A stretch of 63,974 nt of DNA, filler included, from Ministeria vibrans ATCC 50519 (GCA_943704425.1; 7 parts of 7 records of this genome joined end to end with filler, not necessarily neighbours in it); one strand, 5' to 3'; positions 23,093 to 36,382 are shown, counted from the whole stretch's first letter. Made by a program: numbers and translations. Notes: generated from the letters alone by a model not told the origin.

Positions 23093-23786
23093 CTATACAT
23101 TTGTTTTGAGACAAAAGACGGCTATGATGAGAGCAATTTCAAACGTAAAGGGAACAACGCTGAAGAAAGAGACAAACATTCGATTATTGCACAGATCAAG
23201 AGCATCATCACCGTACCAGCAAAAGCCAAATATGTACCAGTAGTCTGTGTACACCCATTCGTCCAGAATAAAGAAAGCCAACACAATCGCTCCGGTAGCA
23301 TGGATCACCGCTATATGTGACCCGGCGCGAGAGGGAGTGTGGTGAATGTGTCAGAGCGCTGACTGAACTTTCCTTCTGGAAACACCCTTACTCGTAAAAA
23401 CATTGATGGAGTCGTTGAAGAGCGATACACCGCGCAACAAACTTGCATATTCAACAGCAAAGAGTGCCATACTCGCAGCAAGTGCTATGGAATATAGATA
23501 TGGGAGCAAAAAACGGGTTGGGTTAAGCGTCTGCTTGTCGGCTCTTGCATTGGCGATGTCGCACCAGCCGTGAACTCCTTGTCAGCACTATCATAGTCCT
23601 CTTGGGATGCACCAATACCAATCGAAGCGTATATATTGATATCCTGAGAGAAACGATGACAGTGAGTGATTCGCAAAGTAAAAAAAATAAACGCTATACC
23701 TTTGACCAAAATAGCATCAGCGTGATCACAAAGTGAGCCGTGAGCACCAAGAATCGTGCTGGAACAATGGTTTCAGTTTGTCCCAT
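23093..23786 (-). CDS. TMEM107: Transmembrane protein 107 (ciliary transition zone)
   Basis: Spliced product MGQTETIVPARFLVLTAHFVITLMLFWSK|DINIYAS..EDYDSAD..GVSLFN..FFILDEW..YWYIFGFC..P..EIAL parallels known TMEM107 (VPSRFLTLLAH, GVSMFN, YWYIFVFC). Confidence 0.93.
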
Positions 23787-24427
23787 TACTAACAAACATA
23801 AATAATTACTTTTAATTAATATTAATTATTTATGTCAAAATATGGTGCTGCATAATGACGTGTTGATCATTTCATGCGCTCATTCCACAGATCAAGCGTT
23901 TAATAGTTAGTTGCGACCTTGCGGGCCCATGATTATTCATGATTTATCATTCATGAAGCGGTTGGATAAACTAAATATTGTGATCTTATCACTGCTGTGC
24001 TGTAGCACAAACGGTCTCACGCTCTCCGACGCCAACTTCTGTGCTTTGAGCGCTTGTTATGTGTTACAACAGCTCGGTGCACATTTGGCACATGGTCAAA
24101 CCAGATGTGTGGAGACGCAATTGGCAATGCGGAATCACATTTTAATGGGACACGGGCCGTTGTCTACATATACTTCGCCAAGGGATTGCGAGTGGCTCGG
24201 AAGATGAACAATGAAACGGCGCTTGTAGTGTAGTGTTTGACAGTCATTGGCAATGCCCTTGCGCCCGAGTGGGTTGCCCGCGCCATCGTTGACAGCCAGG
24301 GCACCGCAGTGCTCTCACACTGTCCCTGCCAGCCTATGTGCTCGACAGTTGCCATTGTCCGTTAAAAGAGACAGAGCGAGATTGCGAAATACGTCTTGTT
24401 TCTTGTACACTTCATATAATTGTTACG

Positions 24428-26876
24428 TTACACTTGGGCCTCGGGAAGACCCAATGTCGATACAAGATTGGGCTGCGATTGCGGTCGACGCGAATGGCTC
24501 GCGTCGGACAAAGGGTAGTACGGAGGCGGAATAGCACGTTCGTGGGACGGGCCTGCATGGAGGTGTGCGTGCGAGTGAGCAAACGCAGACCCTCCTGCCG
24601 CGGCGGCCACCGCTGTCTGAGCGTGCAGGGGAGAGGTTGCAGGGCCATTATGCAGTGAATAGTGCAACTCATGCTCGTTATTGGCCGCCTCTGCCGTGTG
24701 GCTGACCACGTGCGTGACTGCGCCGCCCGCACCCCCACCACCATATGCAGCGGCAGCCACAGCCGCCTCAGCTGCCAATTGCAACGACCGACTGTTGGGT
24801 ATTCCGCCAAAGCTGCTACCGGCACTGCCGGTGCCCCCATTGGCAGTAGACAGCCCTGCAGCGGCGGCAGCTCGACGGTGGACATACTCGGGGGTATCGG
24901 GGATGCCCCAACGAGTTGTGTCTTCCAGCATGAGCACGTCGAGCGTGTACTCAAAAATGCGCGACTCAGGAAACTCCACCTTGGTCTGCTTCTTCTCTGT
25001 TGCATAGAACATGGACGTGCAGCAGATCTCGGCAACACACCGGCCCGCCGCGTAAAAGTACCATGTGCAAATGTCGCGAGGACAGTTGTTGTCCTTGACA
25101 AACAGAATGCTAAGAAGTAGAGGAAGCAAGGAACAGGGGAAAGAGAAAAGAAAAGGAAAAATAATAATAAGAGAAAGAGATAGAGAGAGGAGGAGAGGTA
25201 AGAGAAGAAACACAGTGATAGGGAGAGAAAGGGGGGAGAAAGAAACAAAGAAAGAGAAAAGCAAAGTGAAACACGGTGATAGGAGAAAGGAGGAGAAAGA
25301 AACATATAGAGAAAAACAAATTAGTGATAGATGATAGGGAGAGAAAAGGAGAAAGAAACAAATAAAGAGAAAAACAAAGTGAAACACAGTGATAGGAGAA
25401 AGGAGAAGAAAGAAACATATAAAGAGAAAAACAAAGTGATAGATGATAGGGAGAGAAAAGGAGAAATAAACAAAATGTTAAAGAAGGAGAACAGCACAGA
25501 AAGAAAGCGGAATAAAGACAACCATCAAAGTCTAGTTAGTACCGCTTGTTAAACTTGAGAGAAAGTTTGTCAAAGAGCTCAATGTTCTTCAAGAAGTTGT
25601 CACTGGCATTGGGAGTGTAGCTGAACATGTTGTTCTGGCGGTTGTAGTTGAAACGGATGACGGGAGTGGGTGACGTGTTGATGAGATGTCGCTCTTCTAA
25701 CTCAGAAGTAATGATCGGGATTTGACATCGAGGTGTCGACATTTGCATCTACAAACAAACAACATTGTAAAATGCGACCTCAGTGCCATGACAAATGTCC
25801 CGTCGCCGAACCTCCTGTTCGCGTAGAATAAGCTCCATAAGACCATCTAAAACATAGAATTTGGCTTCGGACAGCAAACAGAGACGGTCTGTGGGCGACG
25901 GAGGCAACGGCACCGATGCGCCGTCACGGAAGAAATTCAAAATGTACCCAAACAACCTAAAAGTAAAAGGAGAAGGTGGTGAGTGGAAAAGAATAGGACG
26001 GAGAAAGAAACAGAAAGAGATATAGTGTATACAAAGTGATAGAGAGAGAGAGAGAGGGAGAAAGGAGGGAGAAAGAAATAAAGTGATAGAGAGAGAGAAA
26101 CAAAGTGAGAAGGGAGAAACAGTGAGAGGAAGGAGAAGAGAAAACAAAGTGATAGAGAGGAGAAAAAAAAACAAAGTGATAGAAAGAAGAGAGAAAGAGA
26201 GAGAGGACGGACAAAGAAACAAATGGGAGAGATGACTCTCGACCGAGCGAGAAGTGAAAACTTTAAAACAGTGTTTAGAAATGAAACACAAGGGCTCAGC
26301 AGATGGAATTGTTGTAACATAGTTGCACAGACTCATAGCATATTGTGATCTTGCAAGAATACGCCCACTCCCTTTCGAGCCATCTTCCGCTCACACATCA
26401 CAAACACAACTGAGCTATTACACACCCCCAGTGTCGGCGGCAACCTCCCTCCGTGGCAGCGGGGCAAAGGAGATCCAGTCGCTTCGCCCGAACACAAGAC
26501 AAACACGCCTGCCTCTCCCGATACCGTACCTTCCGTCCCGGTCGATAGTAACCCAGCCTTCTGGATCCTTCTCCACCTCCATGCGTCCCGAGAACATCGC
26601 TGACAGCATGTTGTCTCCCTGCGAGTTCACACAAAAACGGACGAGACAAACCCAAAAATAAGAAATGTCACACTCGACGCCATTGTCAACGTGGCACGCA
26701 CGAAACATCATCACAGCCTCGGTTCGTACTTGCTTCATGAGCGTGTCGACAGCGGTGTAATAGAGAAAGCCGCCGACGTTGAGTTTGACATATTTCTCCT
26801 TCTTGCGCATCGCGCGCGACGATGAGGGCGAGTCCATCGACGACGATAGCGTTCGTTGCGCAGTTGGAGAGGACAT
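24428..26876 (-). CDS. KCTD10: BTB/POZ CUL3 adaptor of the BACURD family (KCTD10/KCTD13/TNFAIP1)
   Basis: [36 protein letters not shown] and [27 protein letters not shown]. Multi-exon, with an Ala/Gly/His-rich C-terminal extension. Confidence 0.95.
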
Positions 26877-27119
26877 CAATGCAAGAAGATCGACGAGTGA
26901 TGAATAATATATTATATTACAATGTAAATAATAGGAAAATAAATGCTCGCGCCGTTTCAGTTTCTTCACTGCTCCGCGCAAGTCTGTAGCAGAACAAAAG
27001 AGATACTGAAATAACCCACGTACTGGGAGATCAAGATCAAATATGAAAAACAGCATATTGACAATTGGGTTATTTATACGGAGCAAATTGAGAGTAACGA
27101 ATTATTTTTATTATTAAAA

Positions 27120-27145
27120 TAATAATAATAATAATTAAATTTTTA

Positions 27146-27225
<80 letters not shown>

Positions 27226-27255
27226 GTTATTATTGTCATTATTATTATTATTATT
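27120..27255. repeat. (ATT)n microsatellite, intergenic
   Basis: Trinucleotide run. Confidence 0.9.
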
Positions 27256-27364
27256 AGGGTTACTATTAATTTGAAAGTTTGTCGTTTATTCAACGTCGTT
27301 TGCGTTGTAACTGTATCATTAATACCATGGTTCGAATCTTCTTCTTCTACCTACCTTACAATAT

Positions 27365-28740
27365 CTAGCAAGGTAGCTTTTTTGTTATCTGTCTCTTAAG
27401 GCGCTTCCACGCATCGCTCCCGCGTTTAACAAAAGCAAATTGCTCTGTGCAAGCTATTGCGTCACTTTCGATTCTTGAAAGATTTCCTGTTCCACACGCG
27501 TCGAAGGGTATAAGCTAAGCAGGCAAGCGAAGAAACATTTTAGTCACCTTGTGACAGGTGCCAAGAGAGGAGCCAAGACAGTGTCTTCTTTCAATGTACC
27601 TTATGGCCCCATTGCCGCTAATTCTCCAAAGACCAACGGCAAAGTCTCCGGAATCTGGATATCACAATGCACCCATGTCAATTTCGTAACCCAAGCGCGC
27701 CGCGGCCTGCTTGATGCGGTGATGGCGCATTATGAAACATTTTCGAAGGCACGGATCTAACATTGGGTCGAGACGTGCCAATGCGATGTCAATGCTCTCG
27801 CGGTCGGACAAGCTCTCCCAGTTTTCATCGCAGAGCCTCTGAACAATGCGCAATTTGCCTTCGAACCCAATTTCTGCCTCGACCATTTCCATCTGCAAAA
27901 AGAAACTCCAGGAGGGGGCAGGGGGAAGTGATCAGTTTGAGGAGAACGAAATGTGCAGCGACAATCGAATTAATGTCAAGTGAACGCGTTAGTTTGTTTG
28001 CTAACCTGCACAATGGATGTTGGTGGCAGCAAACCCTTTGCCGACTCGATCACTGTCAACTCATTGCCGTCCACGTCAATTTTCAAAACGCCAATGTGCG
28101 CCTCATGAGCCAGGTTACGGTCGAGCCGTTCGCCAGGTGGTCTCACCACAACTGTGCCATGAAGTGAGACTGGCGCCTCCCAGCCGTTTAGCTCAAGGTT
28201 AGACATTATTCGTCTGCTCTCACGGTTAATACTCGGCTCAAAGAGATGTACATAGTGCCCATGGGCAAGCAAAAGCCACCCTGAGACTCCATCACTCGCG
28301 CCTACGTCTACCGCAACACCCGTCTTTCCTTTTCCAACTGCAGCTAACCCTAACCCTAATCCCAAGATAGCAGCGGTAAGATTTACCCTCACCGCGGTGG
28401 CAGTCTGTGTTGCAGCGTGTCCGGATAAAAGGCGACAACATCGACGTAAGCGACGCACAAGTGAAAGCGGTGCAGCTCACGGTGACGCGTTGTCACTTGT
28501 TTTGCAAACGGAAGAGAGTGGAGACACTGGAGGAGGTTATGAGGTAGTTAGTACACATAGCGCGGCGGCAAAACACGGTATACATGCGGATAAGCTCAGC
28601 GTGCTGTCGTGCGTTCTCAGGTTGGCGTATGGGGTTCCCGCCAGTGAGGGCATTGAGCTCACGTGCACGTATTCGCCCACCCGACGTGGTACTCTTCTTG
28701 ACAATCTTTGGGAGCTGATTCAGTCGGGGGGCGTCGCCTC
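27365..28740 (-). CDS. FkbM-family (Methyltransf_21) SAM-dependent methyltransferase; 5' exons unresolved
   Basis: VAVDVGASDG, VHLFEP and IGVLKIDVDGNELTVIESAKGLL..IVQ|ME motifs, with GT-AG introns. Further exons may extend to ~29100. Confidence 0.7.
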
Positions 28741-29206
28741 TAGCTGACAAATTAAAAGGGAGAGGGTGAGGTCAAGGGACAGAATGTGTCGTGTGCGCTG
28801 CGGCACGTGTTGGGTAGCCGTGCATGTGGTGGCGTCAGATCAAGTAGCGGGCCGAGGGCGAATGCGTCTGTGTCCGAATTGACCTTGCAATGGCTGCTGG
28901 CATGGCGACGGGTAGGCTGTTGTGCGGGTTGCGTCTGATATAAAGCAGAGGAGCCGCACCGTCTCTTTGGAACAGGTGGATCTCCGGTGGATCAGAGGTG
29001 CCACAGGCTGTCACGAGGGACTGAGTCAAAGGCGGCCTTGCAGAAGTCGTTCGATGTGATGTGTTCGATGTGGGGATGCTCTGAATTCTTATTCTTATTA
29101 TGAGTATACCTCTCGGATTCTATATTAATTTTCTCTTTTAATAATAATAATAACAATAAGAATAATTATCCACGTCTGTCCTGATCAAAATGAGTCGTAA
29201 TTTTAA

Positions 29207-29240
<34 letters not shown>

Positions 29241-29296
29241 TCTCTCTCTCTCTATACATATATATATATAATATATATATACATATATATCCAAAA

Positions 29297-30071
29297 TCAC
29301 AGAATAGAAGAAGTGATATTCTCCAGCTCAGCACCAAGGAGACGCTCAGGCTCATTCCCTCTGCGATGCGCCAAAAGAATGTCGGCGAGTAGTGCGCGCA
29401 GCTGTGTGAAGTCGGGGCGCATCTTGGCATTAGCGTGCCAGCAGCGCATCATCAGCGCATACACATCCGCAGGACAGCCCCGCGGTTGCGCTAGTCGCTT
29501 CCCCGCCCGCAGATTGTACGTCAACTCCCGCAATTGCACTGTCCGATACGGACTACAATAATAATGAAAAAGAAAAATTAATATAATTATTATGCAACAA
29601 ACCAATCGTTGAGTACAACTCTCTATTGGTAATAATAATAATGATAATAATAATAAGATTAATAAAATATTATTATTAATAATTATTATCATTCTTATTA
29701 TTATTATCACACAATTCTTAATCTTAAGTCACATCTTTGGGGTTGTTAAACATACCGAACAGTCCCAAATGTCATTACTTCCCACATAAGCACTCCAAAC
29801 GACCACACATCTGTCTTGACCGAAAACTATCGAATACACGCAATAATAATAATAACAACAATAATAAGTTGTTAGTCAAAAAGATAACAACAATGCTAAT
29901 AATATTATTACTTTGCGGAACTCGAGTGACTCCAGCGCCATCCAACGCACAGGCAATTTCCCTTTGTGCTGCACTCGATAGTAGTTATCCGCGTTCATGT
30001 GACGACTCAGCCCAAAATCCGCAACTTTGATTGTGGAATCTTGGCCCACGAGACAGTTTCGAGCGGCCAAC
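29297..30071 (-). CDS. Protein tyrosine kinase, C-terminal half (truncated by contig end)
   Basis: [42 protein letters not shown] and [17 protein letters not shown]. Confidence 0.95.
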
Positions 30072-30168
30072 TACGGGAACAAGGAATCAATCACACACAC
30101 ACACACACACACAAATATAATAATTATTCGATTTTCTCTTTCTCTATCCCTCCCTCCAACTTTGTTTC

Positions 30169-30229
<61 letters not shown>

Positions 30230-30329
30230 NNNNNNNNNNNNNNNNNNNNNNNNNNNNNNNNNNNNNNNNNNNNTTAATTAATTAANNNNNNNNNNNNNNN
30301 NNNNNNNNNNNNNNNNNNNNNNNNNNNNN
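30230..30329. other. Artificial contig linker (N-TTAATTAATTAA-N); also at 36383-36482, 42330-42429, 49664-49763, 58620-58719, 62322-62421
   Basis: An identical 100-bp six-frame-stop spacer occurs six times, and genes break off at each one. Confidence 0.95.
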
Positions 30330-30361
30330 GAGAGGGACGTGCTTGTGCGTGTGTGATACAG

Positions 30362-32117
30362 GGCGACTGCTGCTATGGCCATTGACTATGCCCTGCGCAT
30401 TGTGGCGGGCGGCAATGCGTCCATCCAGGGCGCTCTGGCCCAGATCCTTATTGGCTGGAAGGAACCCCAGCTTGTGGCGGGCCCTCCAAAGCAGTTTGCA
30501 GCGATGTGTGGTACGTCAAAAGAGAAATTAACCAAGAGAAACGCACATTAACGCGACGTGATTGTTTTCTTGAAGGGCTGACGTTTTCGTTGCTTGCGAC
30601 ACTGTTGTTTTTCCTGGTCGACAGCAACGTTCCTGGTGCCGTCGTGCTGGCATGCCTTGCGGGCGCTGCGTCCCTCGAGGCCTTCTTCAATGTGTGCGGT
30701 ACGACTACTCCCTTCTTTCTAACGAATTTTTAACAATATTTCTCATATTGACCATGACGTTTTATTCTGCTGTATAGTGGGATGCATCATTTTCGGTTTT
30801 CTTATCCGGATCAATCTGATTGACAAGAACGTTTACGCCATGTGCGTGCACACAATGGACGATGCAGTACTGCTCAGCAAGGATCTTGCTCCGCCTGGAC
30901 CCCCTCCCAAAGAAGTACAAACGCACACGCTATGCACACACTCGCACTAAACACACACTGACTCGCTTTTCCTCATACTGTACCTCTCACTTTTTTTTTT
31001 CTCTTTCTCTATCACTGTGTGTTTCTCTTGTTCTTGCATTCTCTTGTTCTTTCATTCTTTTTCTTTCTATCACTTTGTTTCTCTCTCTCTCTTTCTTTGT
31101 ATGTGTGTGTCTAGACCTCTGTGCCTCTTCCCGGTTTCCCTCCGACCCCTATTGACCTGCGCTACAAGAGAATGCCGGATGAGTTCAAGGTGTTTTTACT
31201 TCTACCTTTAACCTCACTCACTCGTCACTAACCATGATTTTGTGCGTGTCTATACATGTGTGTCATGTTCCGTAGTTTGGTGACTTTAACCCTACCAAGC
31301 ATATCAACATGTCTGATTTTGCGATGCCAATGGGCGCAGCGGGTCTTGCTGTTGTCTGGAAGAGCGCCCGTACTCACTTTATTACCATTAATAACACAGT
31401 TATTCATAATAATAATTATATTTCTTCATCTCTTTCAGGGTCGATGGTTCTGCCCAACGTTGCGAATTCCGTTTGGGTCGGTCTCTCCATTTTCTCTGCC
31501 ATTATGGTACACAAACTGACTATCACTCCGATATCTCTCTCTATCACTTTGTCTCTATCACTTTATCTATCTATCACTTTATCTCTCTCTATCACTATCA
31601 CTTTCTCTCTCTGTATCACTTTCTCTCTATCGCTTTGCTTCTTGCTTTGTTTCTTTGTTTCTTTCTCCCTCCTTCACTCTCTTTTCTTTCTTTGATTTAT
31701 TCTTCCTCTCTCTTCCTCTGTAGTTCATTGTGATGTCCTTGGTCTATCTCAAGAAGATGTACAAATTCAAAAAACTCATTATCAAAGAGGTAAGAGCCCA
31801 GTTCGACCCACCTGACGTAACTTTCGGTTTCTTCTCGTTTGTATTCGACTCGGATCACAGTTTGAACACCCAATGTACTTCAATGGGTTTGGTCTGTATC
31901 CCATTTGCCTGCTTCTCTTTGGTGTACTCTGTGTTGACGATGCTCGTGGACTCGGTATGCACACTCTATCGCCCTTGTTTCTTTCTCTCTCTCCCTCACT
32001 TTGTATCTTTCTCCCTCCCTCCTCTATCACATTGTTTCTTTCTCCCTCCCTCCTCTCTCTCTATCACTTTGTTTCTTTCTCCCTCCCTCCTCTCTCTATC
32101 ACTTTGTTTCTTTTTCC

Positions 32118-32171
<54 letters not shown>

Positions 32172-33334
32172 TACTTTCTTTCTGATCTCCTTTATTTGGC
32201 CTTTGTAGGGAAAGCGCTCTTTGTAATAATTCTCTTCTTTTGTGTGTGTGACTGTAAAGTGGATTCTCATTGGTTTTCTTCTTGGATAGTTTTTGGGGAT
32301 TGGCTTTCTCTTTCCATTGACCATTATTACAATTGGACGGTAACACTGACACACATGCGGACACACCATAACAATCGACTATGCGACTCGTGTACTAATA
32401 ATCACATTCCACGCATTCACTAGTTGGGTGTCGCGCCGCGCGGATCCCGAGCACTTTTCTGCGTCGCAGATGATTCCTGTCCTGGGCAACCTCATTGCCG
32501 CTCTCCTTGCACCGTATTCAAGTCACTCTTAACCTCACATAGCCTCACTTTTTTCACCTTCTCATTTTTTGTAGGCAATTGTCTCAGTCCTACACTGAGT
32601 TTGCGAACCTGTTTTACAGCGTTGCCGTTTTCTTTTACTTTGGTATCACTCACGCGCATAACAAACCTGTCGATTCAATCATAATAACTAATAATTATGC
32701 CTCATTTTTCCTTGCAGTTCTTTTCGTACTGAGTTTTCAGCGAGTCTACTTTGGAGCAAATGCGGACGACAAGATGCGGACCGTCTTGGCACTTTGGGTC
32801 GCTGCTCCAGCCATCATCAGCATCTGCGAGTTCACTCTCAACGGCGGCGTTTACAACAGATTCGGTACGTTTCTGCACAAATACAAGGACGCTCGTCTGA
32901 TACTTATTCCCTGTGGACTTGTAGCGAAAACAACTTTTTACTTTGCACTTGCGTTGTTTATATGTGGCATCTATCTGGTGTACCCCGGTCGATTCCTCGC
33001 ACAACACGCTTTTGACATGTCCTACTGGAATTTCCACTTCCCGTCCGTCGCAATGGCCCTGTCGACCATTGTGTTTGTCTCCAACGTCAACACTGCCACT
33101 ACTCGCGTACGCCTCCAACAACAATGTTATAATTATGGATTTATTTCTTCTCTCGGTCGCTTTTTTTTCTTTTTAGGTGTTGCTCTACTTTATGCTTGCA
33201 TTCTCCTCCGGACTCGGAGCGAGTAAGAACTGAATTGATTATTTGACATCTTATTGATCGTTCTCTTCCCTCTCTATCACTTTGTTTCTCTCTCTCTCTA
33301 TCACTTTCTCTCTCTCTCTCTCTCTCTATCACTT

Positions 33335-33394
<60 letters not shown>

Positions 33395-33396
33395 TT

Positions 33397-33439
<43 letters not shown>

Positions 33440-33441
33440 CA

Positions 33442-33486
<45 letters not shown>

Positions 33487-34004
33487 NNNNNNNNNNNNNN
33501 NNNNNNNNNNNNNNNNNNNNNNNNNNNNNNNNNNNNNNNNNNNNNNNNNNNNNNNNNNNNNNNNNNNNNNNNNNNNNNNNNNNNNNNNNNNNNNNNNNNN
33601 NNNNNNNNNNNNNNNNNNNNNNNNNNNNNNNNNNNNNNNNNNNNNNNNNNNNNNNNNNNNNNNNNNNNNNNNNNNNNNNNNNNNNNNNNNNNNNNNNNNN
33701 NNNNNNNNNNNNNNNNNNNNNNNNNNNNNNNNNNNNNNNNNNNNNNNNNNNNNNNNNNNNNNNNNNNNNNNNNNNNNNNNNNNNNNNNNNNNNNNNNNNN
33801 NNNNNNNNNNNNNNNNNNNNNNNNNNNNNNNNNNNNNNNNNNNNNNNNNNNNNNNNNNNNNNNNNNNNNNNNNNNNNNNNNNNNNNNNNNNNNNNNNNNN
33901 NNNNNNNNNNNNNNNNNNNNNNNNNNNNNNNNNNNNNNNNNNNNNNNNNNNNNNNNNNNNNNNNNNNNNNNNNNNNNNNNNNNNNNNNNNNNNNNNNNNN
34001 NNNA

Positions 34005-34078
<74 letters not shown>

Positions 34079-34494
34079 CACATACATACACACACATACT
34101 CTCTCTATCACTTTGTTATTTCTCTCTCTTTATTATTATTTTTGATTTATTATCTCACGCACATTGTCTTTAGGTTCTGCGTGACGTGAAGGAGCTCCTG
34201 CGTGGGTACATTGATGGCATGGCAAAGCACATGCGAGGCGAAGAGGTATATTAAAAAAACACATAAAAGTGTATTATGTGTGTTCTTACCTTTTTTTTGC
34301 AGTTTAACCTTAATCCCATTGGCCGCAAACATGTGCCCTTGGCGACACAAAAGCAGGTATTTTTAAGAGATAGATCGGACACGATAAAATCTCTCTCTCT
34401 ATCACTTTGTTCTTTCCCTCTCCTTTCTCTCTCTATCACTTTTTTTCTCCCTCCTTTCTCTTTCTCTCTATCACTTTATTCTTTCTCCCTCCTT

Positions 34495-34588
<94 letters not shown>

Positions 34589-35014
34589 TCTCTTGCTCAC
34601 TCACTCACTTCTTTGTGTAGCTCGTTGCGGCTGCGTGGAACTGCATGAGTGCGGATGAGCTTGCTCTCTACTTTAGCTTTGTGCTGCAGAACCTCGCTGA
34701 ACTTCCTCGTCGCATCAAATTTGTCCGTACGACATTCCACTATAGTTTACACACTTATATCTCACTTGCACTGCACATACCTGATTATCATTCTTCTGTT
34801 TTACTTTCACTGCCTCACACACATTTTCTTGCCACATACACACCACCGTCTCGCACATTTTATAGGATGTCTGCTATGGGGCATGCCCGAGAAGGCTCAG
34901 CAGTTGGGCGCCATCATTTTCCGCCACTGCGACGCTTTTATCTTTGAGGAGATTGCGCGCTTTGTCCCTGAGATCGTCCCCCGTGGTCTGCCCCAGTGGG
35001 TTCCTTACCCGTGA
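30362..35014 (+). CDS. DUF4395 + SLAC1/TDT-family anion channel + hemerythrin-like C-terminal domain fusion (5'-truncated, internal gap)
   Basis: DYALR..AGPPKQFA..GLTFS..LEAFFNVC|VGC (DUF4395). FAMPMGAAGLAVVWK, IPVLGNLIAA, LWVAAPA and YWNFHFPSVAMA (TDT/SLAC1). GMAKHMRGEE|FNLNP (hemerythrin-type HxxxEE). Confidence 0.8.
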
Positions 35015-35134
35015 ACCCGTGAGAGGTTCAAGGAGAGAGAGATTAAGAGAAATACGAAAGTAAGGGAGAGGCCTAATGAAAGGAAGAAAAAAAATCAATA
35101 CAATCAATGAATGAAAAGAGGAAAGAAAATGTGT

Positions 35135-35699
35135 TTATTGTGGGGAGAGGGAACGAGGAATAAGTTTCATGGGAAGGCCAAACTTGGGCCTAAGCGTAAT
35201 GGCTGGCTCAGGCGCATGGCGGTATGACGCACTCAGCTCAAACGAGTACTTCTACAGCCACATCAGTGTCAAGTGTCAGTTTCATAATAATGAATAATAA
35301 TACTCTGGCGTTTGTTTGTATCTTTTTGTTTTTTTGTTTTTTTTTTGTGACTGACTTTAATGAGCATTGCAAGCACAATTTTGGCTTCCAAAAGAGCAAA
35401 GTTGGCACCGACACAGTTCCGCTTTCCATGCGAGAAGGGCAAAAATGCCATTTGGTGCTCAAGAGCGGTTGAGAGACCGTCGCGAAAGCGCTCCGGATTG
35501 TACGTGAGAGGATCGGGCCAGAGCGACTCAGTGCGATGGACAGTCGCAATAGGGATGGTAAGGTTGAGACCGGCAGGGACGCACACCTTGCCGGCGAGGG
35601 TGTTGGCGCGGATGCACTTGCGCACGATGATGGGGACAGGCGGAAGAAGCCTCATTGTTTCGTACAGAACCATCGTCAGTACTTTCATCTTGGAGACGT
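35135..35699 (-). CDS. Cytochrome P450, last two exons
   Basis: ETMRLLPPVP (ExxR), PERF and FLPFSHGKRNCVG (heme Cys). The last exon reads KYSFELSASYRHAPEPAITLRPKFGLPM. Confidence 0.95.
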
Positions 35700-35814
35700 C
35701 TATGGCGAAGACGAAAAAAAAAAAAAGAAGAAGACACACTGAGCACATACCATCAACACGGACAAACACCGTCGCCGTGCCCACATCGAAAGAGAAATAA
35801 TAATTATACGAGCG

Positions 35815-36382
35815 CGCTCTCTCTCTATCACTTTGCTTCTCCCCTCTCTATCACTTTGTTCTCTATCGCTTTGTTTCTTTCTCCCTTCTCTTTCTGTCTC
35901 TCTATCACTTGTGTCTTTCTCCCTCCTCTTTCTGTCTCTCTATCACTTGTTTCTTTCTCCCTCCTCTCTCTCCCTCTCTATCACTTTGTTTCTTTCTCCC
36001 TCCTCTCTCTCCCTCTCTATCACTTTGTTTCTTTCTCCCTCCTCTCTCTCTCCCTCCCTATCACGTTGTTTCTTTCTTCCTCCTCTCTCTCCCTCTCTAT
36101 CACTTTGTTTCTTTCTTCCTCCTCTCTCTCCCTCTCTATCACGTTGTTTCTTTCTCCCTCCTCTCTCTCCCTCTCTATCACGTTGTTTCTTTCTCCCTCC
36201 TCTCTCTCCCTCTCTATCACGTTGTTTCTTTCTCCCCCCTCTCTCTCCCTCTCTATCACTTTGTTTCTTTCTCCCCCCTCTCTCTCCCTCTCTATCACTT
36301 TGTTTCTTTCTCCCCCCTCTCTCTCCCTCTCTATCACTTTGTTTCTTTCTCCCTCCTCTCTCTCTCTCTCTCTCTCTCTCTC
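35815..36382. repeat. ~39-bp minisatellite built on CTCTCTATCACTTTGTTTC core
   Basis: Tandem units ctctctatcactttgtttctttctccctcctctctctcc. The same core occurs in many other introns. Confidence 0.9.

Noticed and set aside
23093-23786. U12-type intron in TMEM107
   Set aside because: None of the donors match RTATCCTT. All look like major-class GT-AG.
23900-24400. Possible small gene or ncRNA between TMEM107 and KCTD10
   Set aside because: Only short ORFs with no recognisable motif and no identifiable RNA structure. It is probably UTR or promoter.
27662-27664. Apparent in-frame TGA in the FkbM gene (selenocysteine or readthrough?)
   Set aside because: It falls at a GTGAT donor of a plausible ~66-nt in-frame intron ending ATAAG. 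No recoding is needed, and other genes use all three stops normally.
30274-30285. Palindromic TTAATTAATTAA repeated six times
   Set aside because: Always centred in a 100-bp N block, so it is an artificial stop linker. Gene neighbourhoods across it were not interpreted.
33141-34189. Long ORFs of SL/ER/X repeats here and at 22568-22928, 35655-36438, 62540-63321
   Set aside because: They are translations of microsatellites and N gaps.
35815-36382. CRISPR-like regularly spaced repeats
   Set aside because: No unique spacers or cas genes. It is a eukaryotic intronic minisatellite.
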